Below are positions 1 to 14,400 of a stretch of DNA of 64,000 nt, piece by piece. How positions within the stretch are numbered: position 1 is the first letter of the stretch; the number at the start of each line of letters is the position of its first letter. The translations under genes and the position numbers were made by a program. Under the pieces are notes generated by a model. It made no database searches. It saw only the letters and a list, made by a program, of their open reading frames with translations, and was not told the DNA's origin. The DNA comes from Octopus vulgaris (Eukaryota), in contig OX597836.1 in NCBI GenBank assembly GCA_951406725.2, positions 29,388,001 through 29,452,000 on the forward strand. The letters run 5' to 3'.

Positions 1-108
1 TTGACTAACTCACCTCCCCTAAAATTGCTGGCGTTGTGCCAAAATTTGAAACCAGTATTCATGTTTATTAAAAAGTGTTTAATTTATATTCATTAGTCTG
101 ACAAAATA

Positions 109-327
109 TGAGGGGGTGCTGAAAAGTTCATGGCTTTCGGTAAAAGAAAATACAGGGGGTTCTGTTAATTATGGTGCTATTTAATATATCCCCTCTCAGA
201 TTCACACACTTATTGCAGCAGTCCTTCACTTTTTCTAAGCTCTGTAAAAAAAAAACTTGAGAGGTTGGGCCTTCAACCAGGACTTGCATTATGCCCTGAA
301 AGCTGTGAACTTTTCAGCACCCCTTTG
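109..327. mobile_element. TA-flanked Tc1/mariner-type MITE
   Basis: TIR gggggtgctgaaaagttc / gaacttttcagcacccc; second copy at 45359-45577. Confidence 0.75.
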
Positions 328-550
328 TATATATACATTTTTGCCTGTGGCTCATCAAGAACTAAGGATCACAATTTTAGGAAGAACTAATGTAAATTAG
401 CAGTGCTCCAGCATGACAACAATCTAATGATTGATACGAGTAAAAAAAAAATATTTGAAAAACAAAAGATGCATATTGTATCCATGCATGTATTTGTACT
501 TTGGAAATATTCTTATGTTATTCTCTATTTTTTTCTTCAATTTCTTCAAG

Positions 551-696
551 GCTTGTTGTGTTTTGCAATTGGTTAAATATGTTATGAAACTTCAAGAAAA
601 AGGAAATCATTTAGCAGAGGAAATAGCGTGTTTGTTTTCTGGAGAATTGAATCCTGTTGCATTAAAGGCTCAAAGAAAAGTGCCTGTTCCTGATAA
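551..696 (+). CDS. AP3D1: AP3D1 exon (ACCVLQLVK...RKVPVPD)
   Basis: ttcaag acceptor, gtatgt donor, conserved ELNPVA motif. Confidence 0.93.
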
Positions 697-2196
697 GTAT
701 GTGGAGAATATTTTTCGTTTTTGTCTTTTTTTTTAACAACTTAATTAAAATTAATCAATCAAATACTTAGAATCTAAGTGAAATTCCATCATCATTTTTT
801 TTATTCATTTTACTCCAGTTGTTAAAATGGATGTCTCTGTGGCATATCACCTCCATTCATCTTGAAATTATCCATCTACAATGACAGTCATTTATAGATT
901 TTCCTTGGAAGGTTGCCACTGAAGTTTGTTTCGTCTCTCAGTCATTTCTGATGACAAAACAACACATTATTTCACACACATTTTCTCTTCCATTTTTATT
1001 CTGATCTCTATCAACTCAAATGTTTTGCATTCTGAAATGGTTCATCATCTTAGTAAGGCATATTATTTGCATACTTTCTGTTTTAAAACTAAAACATTCA
1101 GTGATTTATTTCCTTGGAATAATAAAATAAAATATTAGATTTTTGTATTAATCAGTCAAATTGATAAAAGTATAATATTTGAAGAAAAAAAAAACATTTT
1201 TACTGCTATCCATCTTTTTTGTAACTATTTTTTTTTTTACAATACTGTATATGCTGGTGTGTAAGACGTGCTTTTGTAATTCTTAAATTTAACAAATAAC
1301 TGACACATGTAACTTGCACACGCACACACACATACTTAATACCTTTTTATGTTCATATTGTCAAGGTTGGATCTGGATCGTTGGATCAATGAGATTCCAT
1401 CTGACAGTTCTGACGAAGAAATCAGAGGCACATCCTTATTTACAACAACAGGAGACGACCACAAGTATGTTAATTTATCTCATATTCATTGCCAAAGTCT
1501 TCTACAGTCTTTAACACACAAGATTTTTCTTTTTATTGATCTGCCATTGCTAATAGTATTTTAGAAGTAGTTGTTTTACGTCTCTTTACTAATTTTAACT
1601 TCTTTATTCTAGTGTATATTTGTATTTATACATTGATATCAAGTGCAGCCACGTAACTTCATGGTTAAGGTGTTGCACTCACAATCACAAGATTGTGATT
1701 TGAATTCCCAGACCAGGTGATGCTTTAAGCAAAACATTTCATCTCGCATCGTTCTGTGATCACTTTAATATCTGACATGTACACTATGCACCTATAGAAG
1801 CGATATCAATCTGATATGTTAACATATATGTGTGTGTGTGAGTTTGGAGGGATATATGATCCAGGTGGATACTATGGTGGCTCTCAGTTGTGTTCCAGGT
1901 TATGGCTAACCACATCAATCAGTAGTTAACATCTATGACTACTATTAGTGTCAGTCATTCCGTAAATCTCTCTGGGTAATTCCTGTTTGCTTCACTGGAC
2001 AGTAATATTGTCTATATTGTTATAATTATTGCTTTTATGTATATATATATATATATATATAAGCAGTCAGCAGAAGTTACACTGATTCAAGGGCTGAGAA
2101 TTTTGTGTATTGGCACCAATGCATGAATCTCTCAGCCCTTGAGTAACTCTGTAACTTCGACTGATTATTAATGATATGTGTGTGTGTGTGTGTGTT

Positions 2197-2238
<42 letters not shown>

Positions 2239-2287
2239 TATACTTGTGTTTTTAGTCCTCTTTTCCTGTTTGCATCATCAAAATATA

Positions 2288-2337
<50 letters not shown>

Positions 2338-2677
2338 GCAGGTGGCACGTAAAAGCACCCACTACACTCACGGAGTGGTTGGCGTTAGGAAGGGCATCCA
2401 GCTGTAGAAACATTGCCAAATTTAGACTGGAGCCTGGTGCAGCCTTCTGGCTTCCCAGAACCCCGGTCGAACCGTCCAACCCATGCTAGCATGGAGAACG
2501 GACTTTAAACGACGATGATGATGATGATATAGTTATTGAAGTAGATAAATGAATTATCTTATTACGGATAATTCAAATGATAACCGATACCTGGGTAGCA
2601 AAAATCACAACAGAAAAAGCACGGTTGAGGTTACGACCATGGGGCCTAAAATCCGTGGGGCCTAAAAATATATATAA

Positions 2678-2728
<51 letters not shown>

Positions 2729-5452
2729 CTGATCATGAAAACACGCAACATTTAGTGATAGGATTTTAATTAACAAATATTTGTTAAAGACTCTATTCAT
2801 TATCTTTATTGATATATAATAATGAAATTGATTTATATTAGTATTTCCTTTCTAAACCAAATTATATTTTCTGTTACCAAAGCATTTGTTTTTCAAAATT
2901 CAACTCTTAAGGTTCACTTAAGAACCATTAACATATGAAAGACTGTTAATTTTGTGACATTTCTTTAAAGATCAACTTATAAAAATGATGTTAAAAAGAT
3001 AGCTGAACCAACTGAAGAAGAACTAGAAAGGGTAAGTACCTTCTCACTTGTCAAATGGTGTAAATTGTCTTCCACGGGTATAATGTTTGAATGAGACAGT
3101 CTGACAGCAAATTATGAAACCAATATATGAGAGACAGGCAGAGCTTATACTTAAAAGTTCTTGTGCCAGATGTGAGGGGCAAGTAGAGCCTGTACTTAAA
3201 GGGTTTCGTGTCAGCTATGATGGAGGTTTTATTGGTGTTAAATTTTATTTACATTAAACTCATCAACGTTGTGTGACATAAGAAAGCAGATGTCTGGCAG
3301 ATCTGTTTCTGTGCTGATCACTGATGATGGAGATGAACTCACAGTGATAAAGGAGATGATCCTTTGTTACTATTGCCATCAAATTCAAGGTATCTGATGT
3401 GAGAAGGATAAGTCAGCAGTTTGAAAAGTCTCTCTCTCTGGAAATAGAATTAAATGCTGTGGGTTTGCATAAGCTAGATAGGAAAATGGCAAGTTGTAAG
3501 CATTTGATGTGGATAGTGGCTATGTGAGGTGACCTGTGTTTGAGCCAGAACACTCAAATAACAGTTGCCTCATTGGATGGACTGAAGGGTCAGAGAAGTT
3601 CATAATACTTAATAGAAAGTATCATCATCACTAGCAGCAACAGCAATGAGTAGAATTTGCCCTTCATCATTTTGGGGTCAGTGAAATAAGTATCAGTTGA
3701 GCACTGGTGTTGATATAATCAGCTTACTCCTCCCTCCTTTCAGGCCTTGCTCCTGTAAAAGAAAGGATTATTTTTATTATTATTTATCATCAAGGAGGCA
3801 AGCTGGCAGAATCATTAGCAGGCTAGACAAAATCCATTTCTCTGTCCCAAGTTCAAATTCTGCTGAAGTCAACTTTGCCCTTTCATCCTTTTGGGGGTCA
3901 ATAAAATAAGTACCAGTTAAGTACTGGTGTCGATGTAATCAACTTATCCACCTTCTCCAAATCTTAGGCCTTGTGCCTATGGTTGAAAAGATCATCATCT
4001 TCATCATTATCATTGGAATTATTATAATCATGAAGTGCTGAGATTGGTTTAAATGAGTATGTCTATCCTCCACCCTCACCAACAGGTATTAAAGCAAACC
4101 AGTATAATTCACCTTTGATATTCTCTTAGTTATATATAATCCTGTTAAAACTTTTCTATTATTTAGCGACGTGAACAAAGGCGAATTGAACAAATGCATA
4201 ATCCTCATTATTTGAAAGATGATGGTAAAAGCAAAGTAAGTATTGCATTTATTTATACATGATATTATGCAATTATGCATATTTGATATATAATTTGGCT
4301 TCCTAAAATGTAATGTAGCATAGCTGCTATTATACTGAACTGCATAATACAGTTGTAGATTCACTCTCGGTGGTGAATTGACTGAGTCATTTGAGCATAT
4401 TTGTTCTGTGTGTCTCTGCCCTGATTCCAAATTTTGTCATGGTCAACGTTGCCTTCCATATCATCATCATCATCGTTTAACTTCCGTTCTCCATGCTAGC
4501 ATGGGTTGGACGGTTCGACCGGGGATCTAGGAAGCCAGAAGGCTGCACAAGGCTCCAGTCTTATCTGGCAATGTTTCTACAGCTGGATGCCCTTCCTAAC
4601 GCCAACCACTCCATGAGTGTAGTGGGTGCTTTTTACGTGCCACCTGCACAAGTGCCAGGCGAGGCTGGCAATGGCCACGGTCGGATTGGTGCATTTTACG
4701 TGCCACTGGCACAGAAGCCAGTCGAGGCGGCGCTGGCATCGGCCACGAGTCGGATAGTGCTTTTTACGTACCACCAGTCCAGGAGTCCTGGCTGGTTCAA
4801 TTCAATTTCGATTTCGCTTGCCCCAACATGTCTTCGCAAGCAAAGGGGGTTGGCATGGGTGCCTGTCGTCGGATGAGGTTCTATATCGACTTCGCTTGCC
4901 TCAACAGGTCTTTGTGTCCAAGGGAGGAAAGGCATGCATATGTTTGATGTTTATTAAAAAAAATGTAGCAGTCCAGAATGATGGCTTGGCAGAATAGTTA
5001 CCATATCAGAGGGAATGCCTTACAATATCTTTTAGGGTTCTCTGCATTCTGAATGCAACTTCTGCAATGACACTGGTTTCAAATTCTGTTAGTCTTGCTT
5101 TTCCTTTGGATAAGATCAGTGGCATGGAAAGATAGGACTTGTAGGACTAAGCAACTAATGGACTGGTCTTTCACAAGTAAACCATGGCTTGCACCTTAAC
5201 CCTTTGGCATCCAGATTACTGCCTGTCAAATGTAATACTTTTTCATTCACATTATTTTGAATTAATTGTGTATTATTTCATAGCTTAGGCGTAGGAGTGG
5301 CTGTGTGGTAAGTAGCTTGCTTACGAACCACATGGTTCCGGGTGCTGTCCCACCGCGTGGCATCTTGGGCAAGTGTCTTCTACTATAGCATTGGGCCGAC
5401 CAATGCCTTGTGAGTGGGTTTGGTAGACGGAAACTAAAAGAAGCCCGTCATA

Positions 5453-5494
<42 letters not shown>

Positions 5495-8400
5495 TGACAA
5501 CCGATGCTGGTGTGTTTACATTCCTGTAACTTAGCGGTTCGGTAAAAGAGACCAATAGAATTAGTACTAGGCTCACAAAGAATAAGTCCTGGGGTCGATT
5601 TGCTCGACAAAAGGCAGTGCTCCAGCGTGGCCACAGTCAAATGACTGAAACAAGTAAAAGAGTAAAGAGCTTCAAGATTTCAGTTGTGCTTGTTTATTTT
5701 TAGTATAACATTGTAGGGTAGGTGTGAGAGGACAGATCCAGCTGGTTTGAACATAAAGCAAGTAGCATATTTGGACTGGATATGGCTGGTTTAAATGTTA
5801 ACAGGTTAGAGGAGAACTTCCCAGCTGTAGCTACTCAGATCATCTATAAAGATTCACTATGTCTAAAAGCATGATGATTACAGCTGGAATACCTTTGATA
5901 AAACTGTGTAACATGATTTTCGTTCTTGGATAGCAACTGTTATTTCCTATTTGCTTAGCCCTATAAAGTATGAAAAATGATTAATATTTCCTTCAAACTT
6001 TGTTGCAATATTTATTTAAACCTCTCAAAGAATCCCTCTCAACACATGGCTATGATGTTCCCCCACTACTCCTGTTTATGATCAGAGATGCATATATTGT
6101 CAGCTTCTAAGGGACATGCTCAAGTGGTTATGGTCAAGCAAATCTCTGGTATTGAGCAGAATATTTGCTCTAATGATATTTCTACTTCAGTGACTCAGCA
6201 CTGAGTCTGTCTTAAATGTAATGGAAAATAGGTCAGTTTCAAAACATTGATGTCCAGGTCAGAAAAGCAAAATTTGAAGGGAAGAGAAGGGAAGGGTAGT
6301 CATTTCCTTTGATTTCTAGATAAAAGTAAATAGGAAATAACACTGACCAAAGAAAAATAAATAAATAGATAAAAATTTTGTTACACAGTACAATTGGTCT
6401 ACTTGATCAACGCTGACCTGGAGATAATCACTAACGATGATTAAAAATAGAGTTTATGAAAACATTTGAAAACAATTCATTGGAAAAGTTTATAGTCTGA
6501 GAAATGAAAATTCTTTTTGTTTTTTTTAGAGTAAAAGATATGAATCCATCAATATTGAAGACATTCCTGTCGCAGATATTGATCTGTCTGTGCCTTTACA
6601 TGTCCCAGGTAAGACTGCATGGCACACCTGCTTTGTGGATGTCCTCCTCCTCCTTTCCTCCTGGTCATTGTTGCTTGTTGAGGTCTCTATAAATGCTGCT
6701 ATAATGGATTGTTGTTGTTTTTGTTGAATGTTACTAATAAAATTATTTCATTTACAGAAATTGTTTATATTATTAAAAAGAAATATTCAAACAAAAAAGA
6801 AATTTGGAATTGAAACAAAAAACAATAAGCAAGATTTTGATATCGTAAAGTATGCAAACTAACTTAGTGTCTTTATTTATCTAACTTTTTTTACCCTTTG
6901 GATACCATCCAGGGGTTGAGACTGCCTCTGCTTAACAATATAAAACTCTAATTTTAAAATGTTTCATATTTAAATTAAAACTTTCCATCATAACTTTATG
7001 TAATAACCATTTCTTGTCATGAACATCAGAATAAAAACAGAAAAGATATTTCATTAGAATCCTCTCAAATACTTAATCATTTTCAAAATTAACTAAAATC
7101 TATAAATAGTGTGTGTATTTCTGTCAGAAATATAGTCTCAAAATTGTTAAAAGAAATCTTAATGCATTTTTTCATAAATCCAATACAAATTTTAATCAAA
7201 ATATTTTTTAAAATCTATTTTCAATCTTACATTGACTCTGTAAATTATTTACTATTTCCTCATATGTTTATTATTAGCCATCAGAGTCCCTCTGCCTTTG
7301 TTGGTTATTTGAGGAACACCTCTGATGAAGTCCTCTTTGTAGAGTGATTCTTGGGAATGTTACACTTCAGTGGTTTCCCCATTTACCTGCATGAGCTATA
7401 CCTAGAGGTGGAATTGAACTCAGCTGCTGCTCTTTGGAACAGCATTTTTTTTTTTCCTTATCCTGTAATATCTATTAACAGGTGGGTGGCCTGGCCCATT
7501 TGAGATTTTAAGTTTCTTGACCACAGACACTGCATTACCTCTGTCAGGAGATGAGCCACTGATCTCTCATCTGCTTGTCTCATACCTTATCCTCTTGCCA
7601 TTCTTATTACACATCTGCATTATTTAAATCTTGCTTGAGTAGTTTTATCACATGTTTAAAATGTCCGTTTTAACTGTCATAACTCATAATTCAAGCTTTC
7701 AGCCTCTCCGCTTTTTTTTTTTTTTTTTACTTCTGCTTTAAGTCTCCTTATCGGCTCACTATGCCTCCTCCTCCTCCTCCTCTAATTTCTTTATGTACTC
7801 TTGGTACACTCCTCTGTGCATCTAGGCTACATTTTGCTTGGAATACTCTAATCTTTTGCTATTTGGATGTCGTTAATTAAGAATTCATTATAGCTCTTCT
7901 ATATCTTTTGCCTCTTAAATCTCATTCTACCTTTGCTATTACAAATCTACTTTCTTCTAGAAACCATTTCTAGGGTTTTCTTTTTATCTCTTGAGAAAGA
8001 TTTATATTTCCATTGTTATTGTTTTAGACTTAGCCAAGTCTGACTAAACAGACTTATGATTAAGATTTTTCCAGCTCTGACTAGCCTATCTTCTTTTAGA
8101 TATATTGTATGCAAGAGGATTACATTATTCAATACATCCATGTATTTTAAAAAAGATATTATGATGTGGTTCGAGAAAGATTTGGTTGCTATTTCTAGCA
8201 AGTCAATTCACCATGTAAAACAGCACATGGGACTTTCTGAATGGCATGCCTAACAACCATTACCTTGAATTTTTCTTTTTGTAGTGCAGTTTACCTGATC
8301 ATGAGCCAAGTCTCATACAGTCCACCTTTTGTAAAAGGTTGCCCATGTCTGATGTAGAAGCTCTTTGGAGCCAATATAACTTTTTGTTTCAGTTAATAAG

Positions 8401-11400
8401 CCTAACCATAGATTCTGTTCCTACTTCACTGTTGAGAAGTTAGTTGTAGATGGAGCATGTAACTTTAGAAGTGACTGTTTCAGTAAATAGCATCTTGGCT
8501 ATGCCCATATGAAAATATGGATTTTTATCTGCCTCTGTTCCCCCAGTATTATCAATAGGATTAGTTGTTACTTTGAATGAATTGAGACACTGCAAAATAG
8601 CAAGGCATGAGGCAATCTGCTAGTGTTGGTGTCATAATATAATGCATCTTGTACATTTTGTGTAGCGGGTAGTGAATGAGTGGAGACAGTGCAAGACCAA
8701 GAGGACCCTTTAGTCTTGTTAATGCCATGGCCAATTCTTTAGTGTTGGTCTCACAACAAAATGTTCCAGTCATGGGGACCATACCTAAAGTGGAACACAT
8801 GTGAGATGTGGTCTGCCTACCTTGTCCTGATGGGTAGTAACCCTGAATAAGAAGTCACAGTGTGACAATCCACCTGACGCATGCTAGGTTGGAAAACAAA
8901 CCTAAAATGATGATGGTAATTACTAGAATCAATAGGTGTTGTTGCTTATCCCTGATCAAGCTGACCTATGATAATCTTTTTTGTTTAGACATGATGCTTT
9001 TGACCTATTATTAATGGTTTTTCTTTCACCTACCAAGTTAGGTCGAATACAGTCACTTACACATAAGTGTTTTCACATGTGTTAACAAGTTATTGATTTC
9101 TTTGTGAATAAGTAATTATAAATATATTGTCAATAAATAATATTAACAAATTCTAACTCATCACTCCAGTGACTAATAGCATTCAGCTCAAAATTTGAAA
9201 GTAAAAAGTATCCCAATAAATTTAACTGATAAAACGCCAAAGATAAACTTTGCCTCTCACACAGAAAGAATGTTCAATTCTAGTTTTTAACCCTAAAACA
9301 ACAATTCTATTTGAACTGTAGTTTCATACGGTTCAGGATTTGATGTTAGATGGTGTGGATATGTATGGTATAGGTTTTAAAAGTTAAGAAGATTACCAAT
9401 ATATGCAAGATTATCGATACACACTGTCTTTAGCACTTTTCATTTAAACCTCTCTCTCTTTTCTTTTTTCTCTTGCTTTTGCTTTTCAATTCATTATATA
9501 TCTTTTCACAATACATAGCAGCACATTTTCCTACTATCCTACATCTATTATTTCTTCTCACATTTTCACTGTCTTTTGGCACCTCACCTCTTCCCTTGTT
9601 TCCCTCTCCTTCTTGCTCCCCTACTTTGGTCAAAAAACTTTTGAGGTCGAAAAAAAAATCTCTTCCTATACTGAATGCAACATCTTCACACACATACACT
9701 CACACACATGTGCAAGCACAGCCAGATATGCAGGTATGGTTGTGTGGGTTAAGAAGCTTGCTCCCCAACCGTGTGGTCAGGTACTCAGTCTCTGTGTGTG
9801 GTACCTTGGGCAAATATCTTCTGTTGTAGCCCCAGGCTGACTAAAGCCTTATAAGTGGACGTGGTTGGTGGAAACTGAAAGAAGATCATCTAACCATGCA
9901 AACATGGAAAGATTTTATATGATGGACGTTACTTATAATGTTGAATAGCAGAAAAATTGAATCACTGAAATAGTGTCCCTAAAAGTTGCTAAAAGTTATT
10001 TTCTAAACATTAAAGACTATATCTCCCATAAATGTACTTTTTTTAATAAAATATTTGACTAAACCCAGTTAACCCTTCAATAATAATAATCTGCATGAAA
10101 ATGCCCCCTGACTCTGTGATCACTTTATTTTTTGAAGTGTCTATATCTAAACTAAAACCTTCTCTCATAATTTCAAATAAACATCAGCTTAGTTAATTCA
10201 TAACAAAATTGTTTTTACTAAATCTTTTCAAATTCTTGATTATCTTTTCAATATGATCACAAAAGGGTTGACTAAAAATTGAAATATTTTATTTTTAGAT
10301 TTAAGACGGTCTTCAGGTTAGGAAAAAATTTTTTTTTTTAAATTGTTCCTTGTTTGTATTTCATTTGTTTTGTTTATGATAACAAAACAAGTTTTGACAA
10401 ACTATTTTTATTCTCCTGAAAATAGTTTTGTCATTTTTTAAAAATTTGTTGATCTTCTTTATATGCATGCTTTTGTTGTGAGTATTTTGCATTGCACCAG
10501 AAAAAGCACCACCCCCATTAGAACTCGGTACATATTGGTTAGCCTTGTGTAATTAATTTTTAAAAAAAAGAGAAAGAAAAATAAACAAAAAAAAATCCAC
10601 AGTCAAAGCTTATCTCCTTCCTTCCTTCCTTTGGCTTGCTGAAAGTAACATGGCTGCCTGCCATGGGTGCCAGTATGGCTGCTGTATTGTACTCACACTT
10701 GCTTGACTTCTGTGGAAATGATTTTCTCCTCAGGTCTTTCCTCTTCAGACAAGTACTTGAAGCTGGGAAACAGTATGCTCGATGGTACAACCCACCAACC
10801 AGTTGGAAGCTCTACAACCAGTGGTAAGAAATCTAAGAAAACAAAGCGGAAGAGAGAAAGGAAAGGACAACATTATTCTGATACTGATGAGGAAGAAGTA
10901 GATGGCTCTGTGAATGCAGTTAGCACTGTGATGGACATGCCAGAGGTATGAGCTAGTCTAGAAATTTATTCATCATTTCACTTTTGCCTTGGTGGTATGG
11001 ATGAAGGTGGCAAGCTGGCAGAAACGTTAGCACGCCGGGCGAAATGCCTAGCGGTATTTCGTCTGCCGCTACGTTCTGAGTTCAAATTCCACCGAGGTCA
11101 ACTTTGCCTTTCATCCTTTCGGGGTTGATTAAATAAGTACCAGTTACCCACTGGGGTCAATATAATCGACTTAATCTATTTGTCTGTCCTTGTTTGTCCC
11201 CTCTGTGTGTAGCCCCTTGTGGGCAGTAAAGAAATAGGTATGGATGAATGTATCAGTCTTACCATTTTATTTTAGTATCATCTTCAACAACAAGGGGACT
11301 GGAGCCTCATAGAAAAATATACAGTTGTGTCTTCTATTGTATATTTTAGTTATTGTAAAGTCCTCTTCTGCTTAGTGGTTAGGGTAGCTGTCTCACAATC

Positions 11401-14400
11401 ATAAGGTCGGGAGTTTGATACCTGGCAGTGTGTTCTGTCCTTGAGCAAGACACTTTATTTCATGTTGCTCCAGTTCATTCAGCTGGTAAAAATGAATAGT
11501 GGCTGTAATTCAAGGGGCCAGCCTTATCACATTCTGTGTCACGCTGAATTTCCCCAAGAACTACATACATGTGTCTGTGGAGTACTCAGCCACTTGCACT
11601 TAAATTTCCCGAGCAAGCTGTTCCACTGACCGTATCAACTGGAACACTCCTCGTTATAACCGGGTGGCCAGTTGAAGTCAGCATGTGGTTTGCTATTGAT
11701 AAAATCTGATCAGTTGAATGCAAACTTTTATGCTTTTGTTTAATATTTCTATGTCATTGAATACAATTATGAAGCACTCTAATAATTAACCCTCTCATTG
11801 TGAAATTAAATTATATCCCCATTGAAGTTGGTGACTATTGAGTGTCAGTTCAAAACACACACACAAACAAGAACAAGCATGCACACACATACACAAAGAA
11901 CATGCACACACACACACACACAGAGGAACAGCACACTCGCACGTACAACCCATTAGCTTCCTCTTTCTGCTTCGATTCGTTAACTGATAGTTGACAAGAT
12001 AACACGTGTTGGCGGAAATAACCGAGTAATTTGTTGACAAAATTTGAGGCAAAACGAAATTACGCCTCTTCATTTGTCCATTTTAGGTGGTGGATAAAAT
12101 AAATAAACTGCTCAGTAATGATTTGTATAAATAATAGCATTGTTGTGACTAGTTAAAAAGAAGTATTAGTTAAAAATCACAATGAAGATGACTGGAAATA
12201 ATTATTAATTATTCTAGTGAAGCTAATTTGCTAAGCTTTTAACTACATTAGTAAATTTCATGGTTATTCCAGTAGCAATGTTAAATATCTTCAAAACAGA
12301 AAAACAAAATTGCTATTTTCTGCAATTTGCATTACCTCAACGAACTTGACATATTTCAATGAAAAATAGCTTCAAACATGACTGGTGTATAAAACTAATT
12401 TCCACATTTAAGAATATTTAAATTTTGAGTTGATCTATCTTGTTTCCATACTAAAAGTGTTAAGGAAAAAATGCAATTAATTCTATGTTATTATATTAAT
12501 TACTTAAATGCTTTATCTAAAAGTACTTTCTAAATGATTTTTTATTAGGGTGCTCATTTATCAGATAAAGATGATGATGACAAGAATGCTGATGATCCTC
12601 ACAGAAAACTGAACATTGATCTTGACGAGTAAGTATATTAATTAATTCATCTGTACCGCCATGCCGGTGGCATATAAAAAGCACCAACCAATCGTGGCCG
12701 TTGCCAGCCTCCTCTGGCCTCTGTGCCGGTGGCACGTAAAAAGCACCTACTACATTCATGGAGTGGTTGGCATTAGGAAGGGCATCCAGCTGTAGAAACA
12801 TTGTCAGATCAGACTGGAGCCTGGTGCAGTCTCCTGGCTTCCCAGATCCTGGTCAAACCATCCAACCCATGCTAACATGGAAAACGGATGTTAAACGATG
12901 ATGAAGGGTTTGTTGCTTCTATCAGCCTCATTAATATTTATGTTTTGTCTTGTTTTATTTTACCATTATAAAGGGGCATTTCCTAAAGTTTTAATCATAA
13001 TTGACTCCAAATTTTAAGTTAACTGGAACATTTAATTTTTTCTTATTGTATATAAATTTATGAAGAATTTTGTGGTCATGTAGTTTTGACTTCAGTCTTA
13101 CAGCAGGGCACCATGAGCAAATGTCTTCTATTATAACTCTAAGCTGACCTTCTAAGCCTTCTAAGTGGATTTTATAGAGACATCAGTGTGCATGACCGAC
13201 AAAGCATAACTGTGTTGAGAAAATAGTAAGGCACAAGAGGGATTAAATGTGGTATGCAGGAGAGGAGACTGCATTGGTTTGGACATTTGATGCATATGAT
13301 GGAAGACAGCTGTATACAGAAGTGCCTGTCGCTGAAAGTGGATGGTACCTGTGGAAGAGGGAGACCCAGGAAGACATGGGTGAAGTGGTGAGGACTGATC
13401 TTAGAATGTTGGAGCTCACAGGAGGAAATGACAGTGGACCAAAATGTTTGGAGATATGAGGTTTTAGACAAGATCTGTCCACGAAACTGAGTGCTGGAGT
13501 TGTTGTGTACCACCCACATGTAACAACACACTTTTCACCCACTCTACCCTAAGAAATCAAACTATAACTCCTCTTCTAATTGCATCTTTCTCTTCCTCGC
13601 ATTTCCTCCCCATACATGATAATTGTCTTCCAGTCCCCTTTCTTGCCCTCAGTGCGATGCTCACTGTATCGCTGCTCCTCTCATAATTCCTTGTCTTGTA
13701 ATTTACTTGGTTACCCTGCCAGAGCTGGTGCCATGTTAAAAGCATCCAGTCCACACTGTAACATGGTTGGTGTCTGGAAGGGCATCCAGCTGTAAAAATC
13801 TTGCCAAAACTAACCTTGCCTGTGCTAGTGCCACATTAAAAGCACTGACTCTACTCTGTGGAGTGGTTGGTGTTAAGGAAGGGCATCCAACCATAAAGTC
13901 CCTGCTAAAACAGGCACAGTAGCCTTGGGTAGATTATACTTATACACATACACAGAGGAAAAGATGGAGTACAAAATAGCTTGTTCTTGACTGTAAATCT
14001 GTATATTTAAACATTTTTCTCTTTTTTTTAATATATAAAGAAAGAAACAAATGAATAATGTAATTTGTATTTTGACAGTATTTTAGTTGATATAAATAAA
14101 AGCAAATTCAAAATTGCATTATACCAAGCTATTTTCATAAACTATAAAATATTTTTGCAATTGTTATTGTCATCATTCATCATTTTGCATTTGGTTTCCT
14201 TGCTGGCGTGGGTTGTACAGATCATCATAGACTGAGTCACAGACTGTGTTCCATTTTTGGCAAAATGCCTATAACTGGATCTCATTCCTAATGCCAATCT
14301 CTTTCCAGAGAGTACTGATGCATTTTATTGTGGCACCAGCTTTAGAGAGGTTGTCATATCCTCAGTAATATTAAAGGTTCATATCTACCTACATTATCAA

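Noticed and set aside
4493-4876. ORF MLAWVGRFDRG... recurring at 38899-39252 and 54143-54478
   Set aside because: Antisense reading of the family C repeat, not a gene family
5288-5370. tRNA-like A and B boxes
   Set aside because: SINE head; no complete cloverleaf and it runs directly into the SINE body
7320-7345. CTGATGA core-like word
   Set aside because: No downstream GAAA or helices; it lies in a decayed repeat
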